Notes under the pieces: generated by a model | Databases searched by the model: none | Told to the model about the DNA's origin: nothing | The model's input: the letters and a program-made list of their open reading frames with translations, nothing else | Position numbers and translations under genes: made by a program | Assembly (NCBI GenBank): GCA_004402895.1 | Contig: SORT01000003.1 | Location: 1,009 to 65,008 of the forward strand | DNA: 64,000 nt | Source of the DNA: Fidelibacterota bacterium MT.SAG.3 | GTDB taxonomy: Bacteria; Fidelibacterota; SORT01 | Reading direction: 5' to 3' | Shown: one piece after another, positions 42,362 through 51,635 of the stretch | Layout of the letters: the number at the start of each line of letters is the position of its first letter | How positions within the stretch are numbered: the first letter of the stretch is position 1

Positions 42362-43599
42362 GAATACTCTTTAAGATTCTTCCATAACATTCCCAAAGCC
42401 ATTCCTGCGCTTCGTTTCTTATTGATAATCCGATCATTTCCGAATTGATATTTATTCGATTTAGATGTTTTTTTATCTGAATATCCGATGTGAACCAAAC
42501 CAACTGGTTTTTCTTTAGTTCCACCCCCAGGTCCCGCTATTCCGGTGACCGATAAGCCTATGTCACTTCCCATCTTCCTTCTTACTCCTTCAGCCATTTC
42601 TATTGCTACCTCATTGCTTACTGCTCCGAATTTCTCAATGCTCTTAAGCTCGACTCCAAGAATATGTTCTTTGATATCATTACTATAAGAAACAACTCCT
42701 CCGATAAAATAATCGGATGAACCGGGAACATCTGTCAGATGGTCTTGAATGAGACCGCCGGTGCAAGATTCGGCTACAGAAAGGGTAAGACTCTTTTCTC
42801 GCATCAGATACCCTATCACTTCAGAAAGAGTATCGCCTTTGGTAGAGTATACATACTTCTCGATCTTATCACGAAAAATTGATAGGGCATTGTCTAACCT
42901 CTCCTGCACATCCGACTGATCACCCCCTTCAGCGGTAAGTCGCAATCTTGCCCCGTAGTATCCGGGAAGGTATGCAATTTCTATTTCTCCTAAACGGCTT
43001 CTCAACGGTTCTATAATTTCTGACAAACCTGATTCGCTGATTCCTATAGTTCCTATGGAAATGTACTTTAAATAAGATTGGGTCGATTCTTTTTTTAGAT
43101 ATGGTAGGATCCAACTGTGCAAAATTCCTTCCATTTCATGAGGAACTCCCGGCATTGCAAAATATCTTGAACTGTTCTGACGAAACAGCATCCCTTGTGC
43201 CGAGCCTCTTTCATTCGGAATAACCTCACAGCTGTCCGGATACTCCGCCTGGCTAATATTGGATTCATGGAATTTCCATCCTCGCTCCTCGAACTTTAAT
43301 TTTAGTTCAATTAGAAGATTTTCATCTAAAACAAGTTCTCCGCCGAAATATTCAAGAAAGGCGGATTTGGTAATATCATCTTTGGTGGGACCCAAACCAC
43401 CGGTGATAAATATATGGTCGTAGCTTCCAGACGTTTCTTTTAAAGCTGAGAGAATTTCCTCTTTGCTGTCTCCAACCGTGAGGATCTTTTTAACGCGCAC
43501 TCCTGCCTTAATAAGATTATCCGCTATATGACTTGAATTCGTATCCTTAACTTGGCCAAGAAGGATTTCATCTCCGATTATTATTATCGCTGCCGTCAT
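42358..43599 (-). CDS. cinA: competence/damage-inducible protein CinA (MoCF-binding domain plus PncC-like NMN deamidase domain)
   Basis: 413 aa. N-terminal MTAAIIIIGDEILLGQVKDTNS is the CinA/MoeA-like motif. C-terminal CinA domain with ESCTGGL. Confidence 0.85.
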   Translation of the reverse strand: MTAAIIIIGDEILLGQVKDTNSSHIADNLIKAGVRVKKILTVGDSKEEILSALKETSGSYDHIFITGGLGPTKDDITKSAFLEYFGGELVLDENLLIELKLKFEERGWKFHESNISQAEYPDSCEVIPNERGSAQGMLFRQNSSRYFAMPGVPHEMEGILHSWILPYLKKESTQSYLKYISIGTIGISESGLSEIIEPLRSRLGEIEIAYLPGYYGARLRLTAEGGDQSDVQERLDNALSIFRDKIEKYVYSTKGDTLSEVIGYLMREKSLTLSVAESCTGGLIQDHLTDVPGSSDYFIGGVVSYSNDIKEHILGVELKSIEKFGAVSNEVAIEMAEGVRRKMGSDIGLSVTGIAGPGGGTKEKPVGLVHIGYSDKKTSKSNKYQFGNDRIINKKRSAGMALGMLWKNLKEYS

Positions 43600-44042
43600 A
43601 TCATCTTGTTAACGATCAGTATCAACCCACCTGCGTATAGTCCGGCAAGCAGATCATCGAGCATTACTCCATAACCGTATTTTATTTTTTCTAACTTTTT
43701 AATTGGATAAGGTTTCCAAATATCAAATAATCTAAATAACAAAAGTCCGGCAAGCGAAAACCATATTCCTCCCGGAATGATCGTTAACGTCAACCAAATA
43801 CCTGCGATCTCGTCAATAACAATGATCTGATTATCTTGTTTCCCGGTTACCATTTCAATCTTAAACGACGAGAATGCGCCTGCGATCAGAATTATGACCA
43901 GAATTATTGATCTGATTAAAAATGAATCTGTTGGTAAAAGCAGGAACGCAAGCGTTCCTAAAATGCTACCGAAAGTGCCCGGCATCATCGGTAATTTACC
44001 CACGCCTAATCCGGTGGCAACAAGATAGTGATAATTCAACAC
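43596..44042 (-). CDS. pgpA: phosphatidylglycerophosphatase A
   Basis: 148 aa membrane protein. The MPGTFGSILG signature of PgpA is present. Confidence 0.8.
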   Translation of the reverse strand: MLNYHYLVATGLGVGKLPMMPGTFGSILGTLAFLLLPTDSFLIRSIILVIILIAGAFSSFKIEMVTGKQDNQIIVIDEIAGIWLTLTIIPGGIWFSLAGLLLFRLFDIWKPYPIKKLEKIKYGYGVMLDDLLAGLYAGGLILIVNKMI

Positions 44043-44048
44043 AGGGTT

Positions 44049-44666
44049 TTATGAATTTAGAATAGTTCTGTAAATTCCAATAGCCATTTGCTTGACAAAC
44101 TTACGATTACCAATAACGTATGAAATACCCGAATAGACGGTCAGTAGTACAATTACGAACATTGCTGCATCAATTATTCCACTTTGACGGATAAACTCTT
44201 GCGACTCCGGACTGAGAGTTTTTCCAAAGGGATTTGTTACCATGTTATCATACAACAGTAATAATCCAACTATAATTATTTGTAAAGATGTTTTCCATTT
44301 TGCGAATCGTTCGGTTTTAATGGGTTTATTCTTCCACAACCCAAAAGCCCTTATTAAAGTGACCATTGCGTCCCTGGCTATTACGATAAGAATCATCCAC
44401 AGACTCAGATAACCCTTTATCATCAATGCGACAAATGCTGCGCTTATCAGAATTTTATCCGCAAGCGGATCAAGAAAAGCACCCCATCTGGTGACCGTAC
44501 CATATTTCCGCGCGATAAAACCGTCATAAGCATCCGTTAATGATGCAATAAGAAATACGATGGTTGCAATGAAAATACTATATGTTGTATCGCTAAAAAC
44601 CATTAGGATAAAAAACAGCGGCGTAAGCGCTAAACGAAAGATAGTGAGTTGGTTCGGTAAGGTCAT
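44049..44666 (-). CDS. pgsA: CDP-diacylglycerol--glycerol-3-phosphate 3-phosphatidyltransferase
   Basis: 205 aa. CDP-alcohol phosphatidyltransferase motif DAYDGFIARK ... GAFLDPLADK. Adjacent to pgpA. Confidence 0.8.
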   Translation of the reverse strand: MTLPNQLTIFRLALTPLFFILMVFSDTTYSIFIATIVFLIASLTDAYDGFIARKYGTVTRWGAFLDPLADKILISAAFVALMIKGYLSLWMILIVIARDAMVTLIRAFGLWKNKPIKTERFAKWKTSLQIIIVGLLLLYDNMVTNPFGKTLSPESQEFIRQSGIIDAAMFVIVLLTVYSGISYVIGNRKFVKQMAIGIYRTILNS

Positions 44667-44680
44667 TAAATCGGATTACC

Positions 44681-45274
44681 CTAAATTTCCATCCTGCCTT
44701 CAAATGCACGGACAAGAGTCACTTGATCGGCATGCTCAAGAGCGCTGCCCATCGGTATTCCACGCGCTATTCGGCTGACCTTTATATTTTGTTTTTTTAT
44801 TTCCCTTTGAAGATACAATGTAGTCGTTTCACCTTCTATACTCGGATTAGTCGCAATTATCACCTCTTCGACAGAGTCCAACCTATTTAAGAGTTCTTTG
44901 ATATGCAGGTCTTCCGGGCCAATCCCGTCAAGAGGAGATATAACACCTCCGATGACATGATATAACCCCTTATATTCACCGCTTCGTTCGATTGCCATAA
45001 GATCCGTCGGTTCTTCTACAACACAAATCACCGATCTATTCCGGTGTTCGCTTGAGCAAATTGAACAGGGCGAGATTTCTGTATAGTTAAAACAGGTCTC
45101 GCATGAAATTATTTTATCCTTCACTTCAATCAGTGTTCGTGCCAACTCCTCAACCTCAGATTTACTTTGCTTCAAAAAATAGAAAGATAGTCTCTGAGCA
45201 GATTTTCTCCCGATTCCGGGTAATTTTGAAAGTTCTGATACGAGTTTTTCTAATAATGGAGAAGAGGAGGACAA
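44681..45274 (-). CDS. recR: recombination protein RecR
   Basis: 197 aa. HhH, C4 zinc finger (CETCFNYTEISPCSIC) and Toprim domain. Confidence 0.95.
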   Translation of the reverse strand: MSSSSPLLEKLVSELSKLPGIGRKSAQRLSFYFLKQSKSEVEELARTLIEVKDKIISCETCFNYTEISPCSICSSEHRNRSVICVVEEPTDLMAIERSGEYKGLYHVIGGVISPLDGIGPEDLHIKELLNRLDSVEEVIIATNPSIEGETTTLYLQREIKKQNIKVSRIARGIPMGSALEHADQVTLVRAFEGRMEI

Positions 45275-45284
45275 AATCTATTGA

Positions 45285-45623
45285 TCAGCTTCCGGGAAAA
45301 GGCATCTTCATTCCACCCGGTAAATTTCCCATTAAACCGCCGGTCACCTTTTGCATATGTTCTTCGGCTGATTGTTTTGAACGTGATATTGCTTGATTTA
45401 TAGCCGCTAAAACAAGGTCTTCCAACATCTCCACATCTTCGCTTAAAACTTCAGGCTCGATTTTGATAGCTGTCAGCTCTTGTTTTCCATTAACTTTTAC
45501 GGTGACCATTCCTCCCCCGGCGCTTCCTTCAACTTCCACTTCTTCTAATTCTTTTTGAACTTTTTCCAGCTGGCTTTGCATTTTTTGAGCTTGTTGTAAA
45601 ATATTATCTATATCAAATTTCAA
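45285..45623 (-). CDS. ybaB: YbaB/EbfC nucleoid-associated protein
   Basis: 112 aa, conserved YbaB core. Sits between dnaX and recR, as is canonical. Confidence 0.9.
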   Translation of the reverse strand: MKFDIDNILQQAQKMQSQLEKVQKELEEVEVEGSAGGGMVTVKVNGKQELTAIKIEPEVLSEDVEMLEDLVLAAINQAISRSKQSAEEHMQKVTGGLMGNLPGGMKMPFPGS

Positions 45624-45639
45624 ATTGTCACCTCTATGT

Positions 45640-47316
45640 TTATAACGCTAATTTTCCGTTAAATATTTCCATGATTTTTTCTACAGTTGGGTGCTTCAAC
45701 ATATCTTCCTCCGATATTGTCTCCTTCTTGTCCTCTATTATTTCTTCTGCGCTATCATTCTTGACACTATTAAATTTTCCCGAAACGGTTTTGAGCATTA
45801 TATCAATGCCGATATTTTCTTTTAAATAATTCCGAATGTATTCGGAATTGTGATCTACCGCCCCCTTTTGATATTGATCGTTGCTATCAAAAGATAATTC
45901 AAGATAATTACCGTTTAGACCCGTCACATGACTTTTTTGCAGCGCATTTCCGAGATTGTTTCTCGTTTTTGAGATCTCAAAGATAATTGAATCCCATTTC
46001 TCCTTCAATTCTTCGTAATTAATTGAAGTGCTATTTTTGCTTTGGAATTGACTATCACCCTTCTTGTCGGAAACTTCCTCAGCTGAAGCGGCAACTGCTT
46101 TTTCTGAATCTGAATTGGAAGTGGATTTCGATTCATCTTTAATTGAACTACTGTTCTTTTCATTTTCAGAATCGGTATCTTCAACTGAATATCCCATTCC
46201 ATTAAGGAGAGATTCGATCTCCACACTCTTATCCATATTTGAAATTTTCAAGAGCAGCGATTCAAAAACCATTCTCGTCATGGAACTTCGTGGTATAGAA
46301 AGTAATGCGTCTTCAGTTAATTTTGATATCCTGTGTAATTCGGATTGAGCGAATCTGTCTTTTTGCACCAAGTATAGTTTTTTAATATCTTTTGTTGTTT
46401 CGATCAAGTCGGCTGAATTTGTAACAGTGACGATTAGGAGCGATCGCAAATGCTCTAACAAACCGGAAATAAGCGTTTCCGGATCATATCCTTGTGACAT
46501 CAAATCATCCACAATCTCCAATCCTTTTAAAGAATTGCCCGTCATTGCAAGATCCGTTATTGAGAAAAAGATTTCTTCGTCCACAACGCTTAGAATCGAC
46601 CGTACGGATGAGAAGTTTACACTGCCGTCCGTGAATGATATAACCTGATCAAGGAGGCTCAACGCATCTCTCATTCCACCATCTGCTTTTTTTGCAATCA
46701 GAAGCAGAGAATCCTCATCGATGTCAATTTTTTCTTTTTTCATTATTTCCGAGAGAGATTTTATTATCTCTGAACTCAGTATTCGTTTAAAATCAAAACG
46801 TTGACATCTCGATAGAATTGTTGGTGGCACCTTATTAGGCTGAGTAGTCGCGAATATAAACACGACATTAGGTGGTGGTTCTTCAAGCGTTTTAAGTAAG
46901 GCGTTAAACGCTTCTTTGGTAAGCATATGAACCTCGTCTATGATAACGACTTTATACAAGGTTTTCATCGGCGGATGGCGGAGATAATCCTGAAGATCAT
47001 CTCTGATCTTGTCAATGCCACGATATGTCGCGCCATCAATTTCTAATACATCAAGGCTTCGACCCTCGGTGATCTCATTACAAATACCGCATACTCCACA
47101 TGGCTCTGACTTTGTTCCTTCTAAACAATTCAATGCTTTGGCTAAAATGCGGGCAGTCGTGGTTTTGCCTACGCCTCTCGGTCCTGAAAGGATATAGGCG
47201 TGCGAAAGGCGATCTAATAATAAAGCATTTTGCAACGTTTTTGTTACATGAGATTGACCTACAATTTCTTGAAACTGTTGAGGTCTATATTTTCTTGACA
47301 GTACTAAGTATGACAA
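45640..47316 (-). CDS. dnaX: DNA polymerase III subunits gamma/tau
   Basis: 558 aa. AAA+ Walker A GPRGVGKTT, zinc module CGVCGIC, SRC motif, and a low-complexity S/E-rich linker. Confidence 0.95.
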   Translation of the reverse strand: MSYLVLSRKYRPQQFQEIVGQSHVTKTLQNALLLDRLSHAYILSGPRGVGKTTTARILAKALNCLEGTKSEPCGVCGICNEITEGRSLDVLEIDGATYRGIDKIRDDLQDYLRHPPMKTLYKVVIIDEVHMLTKEAFNALLKTLEEPPPNVVFIFATTQPNKVPPTILSRCQRFDFKRILSSEIIKSLSEIMKKEKIDIDEDSLLLIAKKADGGMRDALSLLDQVISFTDGSVNFSSVRSILSVVDEEIFFSITDLAMTGNSLKGLEIVDDLMSQGYDPETLISGLLEHLRSLLIVTVTNSADLIETTKDIKKLYLVQKDRFAQSELHRISKLTEDALLSIPRSSMTRMVFESLLLKISNMDKSVEIESLLNGMGYSVEDTDSENEKNSSSIKDESKSTSNSDSEKAVAASAEEVSDKKGDSQFQSKNSTSINYEELKEKWDSIIFEISKTRNNLGNALQKSHVTGLNGNYLELSFDSNDQYQKGAVDHNSEYIRNYLKENIGIDIMLKTVSGKFNSVKNDSAEEIIEDKKETISEEDMLKHPTVEKIMEIFNGKLAL

Positions 47317-47339
47317 TTTTCATTCCCGTTAAAAGTTGG

Positions 47340-47490
47340 CTGTGCGCCAGACTCCGTGTGACTCTTTCCGCTTCTACCTTTCCGTCATAAGCTCCGCCTA
47401 AGCTATCTACGGCACACAAGTTGTAACCTTACCGCTGCTACCTTCCGGTCCTGACGGAGTTTAGCAACTTCTCATTGCGCAGGACTTAAA
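47340..47490 (-). ncRNA. ffs: signal recognition particle RNA (4.5S/ffs), boundaries approximate
   Basis: Minus-strand sequence ...aaacuccgucaggaccGGAAgguagcagcgguaagguuacaacuuguGUGCCGuag... matches the universally conserved SRP RNA domain IV (E. coli GUCAGGUCCGGAAGGAAGCAGC ... GUGUGCCG). The core is at about 47405-47470. A palindromic ugcgca at both ends of the stated span could close helix 5. The position between dnaX and a tRNA is canonical. Confidence 0.6.
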
Positions 47491-47613
47491 GCTTCAACAC
47501 TTATTCCGTAAAGGAGTAACGAAATCGGTACACCCTCGGTCATGGTATCGATCCGGCTACAGCGGATTGCCGGTTACAGGGTACCGCTAACTCCCCATCG
47601 TGCACAGCCTTTG

Positions 47614-47686
47614 TGGAGCCGAAGGGAGTCGAACCCTCGACCTCTGCGTTGCGAACGCAGCGCTCTCCCAACTGAGCTACGGCCCC
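47614..47686 (-). tRNA. tRNA-Ala (anticodon CGC)
   Basis: Reverse complement GGGGCCGTAGCTCAGTTGGGAGAGCGCTGCGTTCGCAACGCAGAGGTCGAGGGTTCGACTCCCTTCGGCTCCA folds as a 73-nt cloverleaf. G3:U70 Ala identity pair, anticodon loop UUCGCAA, and no encoded CCA. Confidence 0.85.
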
Positions 47687-47774
47687 TTTTTACGCCGATA
47701 ATAAAGTTACATCCAACCGTTGAATATGTCAACATCGGTTTAATTAAAAGGTGATAATATTGCTTGAAAAGATT

Positions 47775-48323
47775 TTAGACTTGTTCGTGAACAGAAAATG
47801 TGGCTCTAAGATTCTTTGCTTTCTCTATAAGTTTATCACTACTCGCATATTCAAGAATCGCTTCAACCAATGAATTAAGGTGAGCATCCTCCGATTCGAT
47901 TAGATGATCTATAACTGCCAGGAAAGGCTCTCTGGGACTTTCAATGATCCTGTCGTAAATGTCATTTACTTCGAGAGTTTCAAGGTCAAAGGCTTCTTGC
48001 AATGCTGCGTTAAGATCAAAATCTTCATTATTTATTTTTTCTTCTGAAGTTTTAATGAAATCCTCAATTTTAGACATAGTTGCGTAATCTACTTCAACTA
48101 TTTCATTGAACATTCCCGGGTTGTTTCTGTACATATTCGAGAGAGTGTAAATTATAGTAGAATGAACGGATTCCTGTTGTGCGAGAGAATCCCAAAAAAT
48201 TCTTATACCTTCAGGTTCAGTGAATTTCTTGGCCACTTTAGTATAAAACTGGTTCATTCTCAGCTCGAGTCCACCCATTATCCTAAGGAGTTCAGGTGTC
48301 GAGTAAGAGTCTTTATGCTTCAT
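47775..48323 (-). CDS. hypothetical diiron ferritin-like (four-helix bundle) protein
   Basis: 182 aa. Two E-x-x-H motifs (QQESVH and ESEDAH), each preceded about 30 residues earlier by a conserved Glu (E...ExxH twice). That is the ferritin/rubrerythrin-like ligand pattern. Inferred from pattern only. Confidence 0.35.
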   Translation of the reverse strand: MKHKDSYSTPELLRIMGGLELRMNQFYTKVAKKFTEPEGIRIFWDSLAQQESVHSTIIYTLSNMYRNNPGMFNEIVEVDYATMSKIEDFIKTSEEKINNEDFDLNAALQEAFDLETLEVNDIYDRIIESPREPFLAVIDHLIESEDAHLNSLVEAILEYASSDKLIEKAKNLRATFSVHEQV

Positions 48324-48370
48324 TGTAGGAGCTTCTGTTCATTCACAGTTTTAAAGTAACATGAACTGAA

Positions 48371-49429
48371 TTATGTGTCAAGCGAATTCGGATAAACTTT
48401 GTCCGAATTAAAAATACCTGGTATTTGCGTACCGCACGAAGGACATTTACCATTGCGAATATTATTCTGAAGTACACTGTGCCAATCTCTTTCGATGAGA
48501 AGAGATTCACAATTTGGACACATTGTGCTTGATGAACCGATGTCGTGTACATTACCGACATAGCAGTATTTCAATCCTGCTTCTAAAGCAATTTTTCGAG
48601 CTCTGTTCAATGTACTTGCTTCCGTCCTTGGTAGTTCTTTCAATTTAAAATCAGGATGAAACGCCGTAAAGTGCAGCGGAACCTCTTCTCCTAAATTTTC
48701 AGTAATCCAATCAACCATCTTTTTAAATTCATCATCTCCGTCGTTCAGGGTCGGAATAATCAAATTAGTGATCTCAATCCAGACATCAGTTTCATTTTTC
48801 AGCCATTTGATCGTATCTAACACCGGCTCCAACTTTGAGAGCGTAATCTTTCCATAAAACTCCTGTGAAAAGGCTTTAAGGTCGACATTAGCGGCATCGA
48901 CATTTTCGTAGGCATCTATTCTAGCTTCTTTGGTTATATACCCCGCAGTTACCCAAACACTCTTTATGCCTACCTCTTTAGCCAGTATCGAAATATCCAT
49001 AGCGTATTCCGCCCATATAGTGGGATCATTATACGTAAATGCAATCGTAGGACAATTATTATCTATGGCTATTTTCACTACTTGTTCGGGCGAAGCTTCG
49101 ATGCTGTTCGCCTCATCTATTTTTACTTTTGAAATATGCCAATTCTGGCAAAATTTGCATCCAAGGTTGCAGCCGGCGGTACCGAAACTTAATACACCGG
49201 TCCCAGGAAGAAAATGAAAAAGAGGTTTCTTTTCGATAGGGTCAACGGCAAATCCTGTAGGTCTGCCATAAGCAATATTTTCTATTGTACCATCAATATT
49301 CTTGCGAATAGAGCAGAAACCTGCTTTACCCTCAGGAATTTTACAATATCTTGGACAGAGCGTACACTCTACTCGATTATTATTCGCAGGCCGCTGCCAT
49401 CTCCCTGCATGTTCAGATCCGTAATTCAA
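48371..49429 (-). CDS. AmmeMemoRadiSam-system radical SAM enzyme
   Basis: 352 aa. N-terminal CTLCPRYCKIPEGKAGFCSIRKN zinc ribbon. DPIEKKPLFHFLPG and the rSAM cluster GCNLGCKFCQNW. C-terminal CPNCESLL ... GKCPSCG. Matches the TIGR04337-type family. Confidence 0.8.
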   Translation of the reverse strand: MNYGSEHAGRWQRPANNNRVECTLCPRYCKIPEGKAGFCSIRKNIDGTIENIAYGRPTGFAVDPIEKKPLFHFLPGTGVLSFGTAGCNLGCKFCQNWHISKVKIDEANSIEASPEQVVKIAIDNNCPTIAFTYNDPTIWAEYAMDISILAKEVGIKSVWVTAGYITKEARIDAYENVDAANVDLKAFSQEFYGKITLSKLEPVLDTIKWLKNETDVWIEITNLIIPTLNDGDDEFKKMVDWITENLGEEVPLHFTAFHPDFKLKELPRTEASTLNRARKIALEAGLKYCYVGNVHDIGSSSTMCPNCESLLIERDWHSVLQNNIRNGKCPSCGTQIPGIFNSDKVYPNSLDT

Positions 49430-49445
49430 TTATCGATTTTCGATT

Positions 49446-51476
49446 CTATTTTAATTTCACCCATTCAATTAAACCGAGTTTTGACAGATTATCAATAATT
49501 ATTTCTGTTATTTTAACATCATAACGTCCCAATTCTGCACTCACCAATTTATGGATTTGGGATATATTTCTTTTGCCGTTCATAAAATTCACTGTTTCGT
49601 AGCGTATAAGATCAAGATTGGAAATTTTAACCTCACTATACCATTTGTAAGACTCTCCAAGATTTTCTGAAAACCAGACGTCAGCATAAGAGTCCGAAAC
49701 AGGTCCAATAAACTTTCTCTTAGGAATTCTGGCTGTTGAGCCTGTAACAATTCGATGATCTTTTGATGACGCCTTACCTATGTTACTCAACATCAATGTC
49801 TTTTCAGACTTTCCCAGTTCATCCAAGGCGACTCTATACATATCTTCCATCGCGCTTTCACCGCTTCGGAGTTTTCGTATCGACATAAGAGCGTTGTTAT
49901 CTACCTCTGTTTGGAGATCGATCCTATCTGTCAAATGCTTTATTTTCTCATGGCTGTCGTTTATTTTCAATGACAGAGAACCCTCTAATCCCAATTGTAT
50001 TATTCGTTCTCTCGCCTTTGCAAAGGTGAGAATCGTTAATTTATCTGCTTCCTCGTCTCCTGCATTTGCTATCCACAATGCGCTATATGCTCCGATTATC
50101 ATATTTCTTTTAAGCGTTGTAGCATCAATTTTATCGTACGAGTCTTCATTAGTATGGTGATACCTGTCGGACCAATAACCGAGCGCTACCGTAGGAATTC
50201 CGATCAGCGGATCATTCAACATATCATGATCGCTCCCTAATCTGAATTTCTTCAGATCATACTCGAATAAATTATCAGAGCCTTTCGATGATCTTGGCTC
50301 TTTCCTTTTCACTTCCTTAACCACTTCAACGATCAGATCATTAAAAAAAGTAGCTGCAGAGGCAGGGGTTAGAATAACGTCAAGCCGGGTGTCTGTCAGT
50401 TTAGTATTCTCCCCGACCATGTCGAGGTTAATTCCGCAGATTGCCCCCGCCAACTCGTCTCTGTCCTTCGTCAAGTAAGCCATCGTTCCGAAATGCTCAG
50501 GTACCCACAAAAACCGTATAGAACGGTGCGGACGTTCTATCGTTCCGGAACTGATCAGTTTGTTGAGAGTTCGCGCTATTTCTAAAATCGCTGCCGAACC
50601 GCTTGCATTATCGTTTGCTCCGGGTTTATAATTATCGAGGTGAGCTATCAGAACGAACTGACCGGAATCTTTCTGCTTACCCTTGATCACTGCGCTTATG
50701 ATCACCAACTCGCCCGAATGAAGCTTTGCGTCTACCTCTGCCCTGACTATGATTTTTTTGCCTGAATCAAGCAAATTCAATAATTCTTCAGAATGAGCGC
50801 GCGAAATTTGAAACCCAAAACCGACTTTTTTTCGTTCTTCCCATTTTGGCCAGAGACCGTTGTATCTAACTGCGTCCCTCATAGCAACCCTGTCAGAATC
50901 TGAAGGTCTTATTACAACGCCTAATGCTTTCCTCTTGATGACAGCTTGACGATGCACTCTTCCGGCATAACCGTAAGCGAAGACGATCTTCCCCTCGACA
51001 CTAATATCCTCGTAATCTTCGTCTTTCAAGCCGGAACCGACATCAATGAGCTCGCCCTCCCAACTTCCACCGTTGGACAGTGTAGTCAGGCTGGTTGGAA
51101 CTGCTGTATAATCGGCAAGATTCATCTCATAAGGCTCAACCATATTAAGAGTCCCGCTCTTCACAGTCCAGGACATGGGGGACGTGTAAGCGTTATATCT
51201 TTTCTTGCCATTTGACTTGTACTTATGTGTTTTTACGTTAGTTATGCCTGCTGCTTCAAGTTCTTCTTTTATATATTTTGCCGCATTCGAATAGCCTTTT
51301 GTTGCTTGAACACGATGATTTTGAATGATCTGTTTGACGTCTTCCTTCGCACGCGCACCCGATACAGATTCAGAGACTATTTCAAATAATGCATCATCAA
51401 TTATTCCTGAAGATTGGATAGCGTTTGCAGGAATTGAAGCTAATAACAGCCACAGTGTGACATAATATGAATTCAT
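49446..51476 (-). CDS. secreted M28-family zinc peptidase with PA domain
   Basis: HLDNY ... GANDNASGSAAILEIAR are M28 metal-ligand motifs. Start trimmed to the Met (51476) that begins the signal peptide MNSYYVTLWLLLASIPANA. The longer ORF-track start overlaps the next gene. Confidence 0.7.
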   Translation of the reverse strand: MNSYYVTLWLLLASIPANAIQSSGIIDDALFEIVSESVSGARAKEDVKQIIQNHRVQATKGYSNAAKYIKEELEAAGITNVKTHKYKSNGKKRYNAYTSPMSWTVKSGTLNMVEPYEMNLADYTAVPTSLTTLSNGGSWEGELIDVGSGLKDEDYEDISVEGKIVFAYGYAGRVHRQAVIKRKALGVVIRPSDSDRVAMRDAVRYNGLWPKWEERKKVGFGFQISRAHSEELLNLLDSGKKIIVRAEVDAKLHSGELVIISAVIKGKQKDSGQFVLIAHLDNYKPGANDNASGSAAILEIARTLNKLISSGTIERPHRSIRFLWVPEHFGTMAYLTKDRDELAGAICGINLDMVGENTKLTDTRLDVILTPASAATFFNDLIVEVVKEVKRKEPRSSKGSDNLFEYDLKKFRLGSDHDMLNDPLIGIPTVALGYWSDRYHHTNEDSYDKIDATTLKRNMIIGAYSALWIANAGDEEADKLTILTFAKARERIIQLGLEGSLSLKINDSHEKIKHLTDRIDLQTEVDNNALMSIRKLRSGESAMEDMYRVALDELGKSEKTLMLSNIGKASSKDHRIVTGSTARIPKRKFIGPVSDSYADVWFSENLGESYKWYSEVKISNLDLIRYETVNFMNGKRNISQIHKLVSAELGRYDVKITEIIIDNLSKLGLIEWVKLK

Positions 51477-51635
51477 AAATCCTCTTATAGCGAAAGTACT
51501 GAACAATTTATTTGAAACCTGCTTTCTTTCAAATAATATAGTGAATTTAAAGTGATGTTGGTTACATTTTCTTAGATTTGCATATGATATAATATTTCTT
51601 AATATAATGAGATGCAAATTTGGCAAATGAGCAAT

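Noticed and set aside
47717-47745. Hairpin CCGTTGA-ATATG-TCAACATCGG followed by TTTAATT on the plus strand between the tRNA and the ferritin-like gene.
   Set aside because: The terminator-like orientation is plus-strand, where nothing is transcribed upstream. On the minus strand it lacks a U-tract.
47100-47754. Plus-strand ORFs 47100-47390 and 47542-47754 from the six-frame track.
   Set aside because: They overlap the dnaX start, the SRP RNA and the tRNA-Ala gene. The region is better explained by the RNA genes.
51477-51635. Extended N-termini predicted by the ORF track for 49446-51626 and 51612-52439, which overlap at 51612-51626.
   Set aside because: Both proteins have clear signal peptides starting at internal Met codons (51476 and 51636). 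The upstream extensions are non-hydrophobic, cross the divergent promoter region, and would make the two genes overlap head-to-head.
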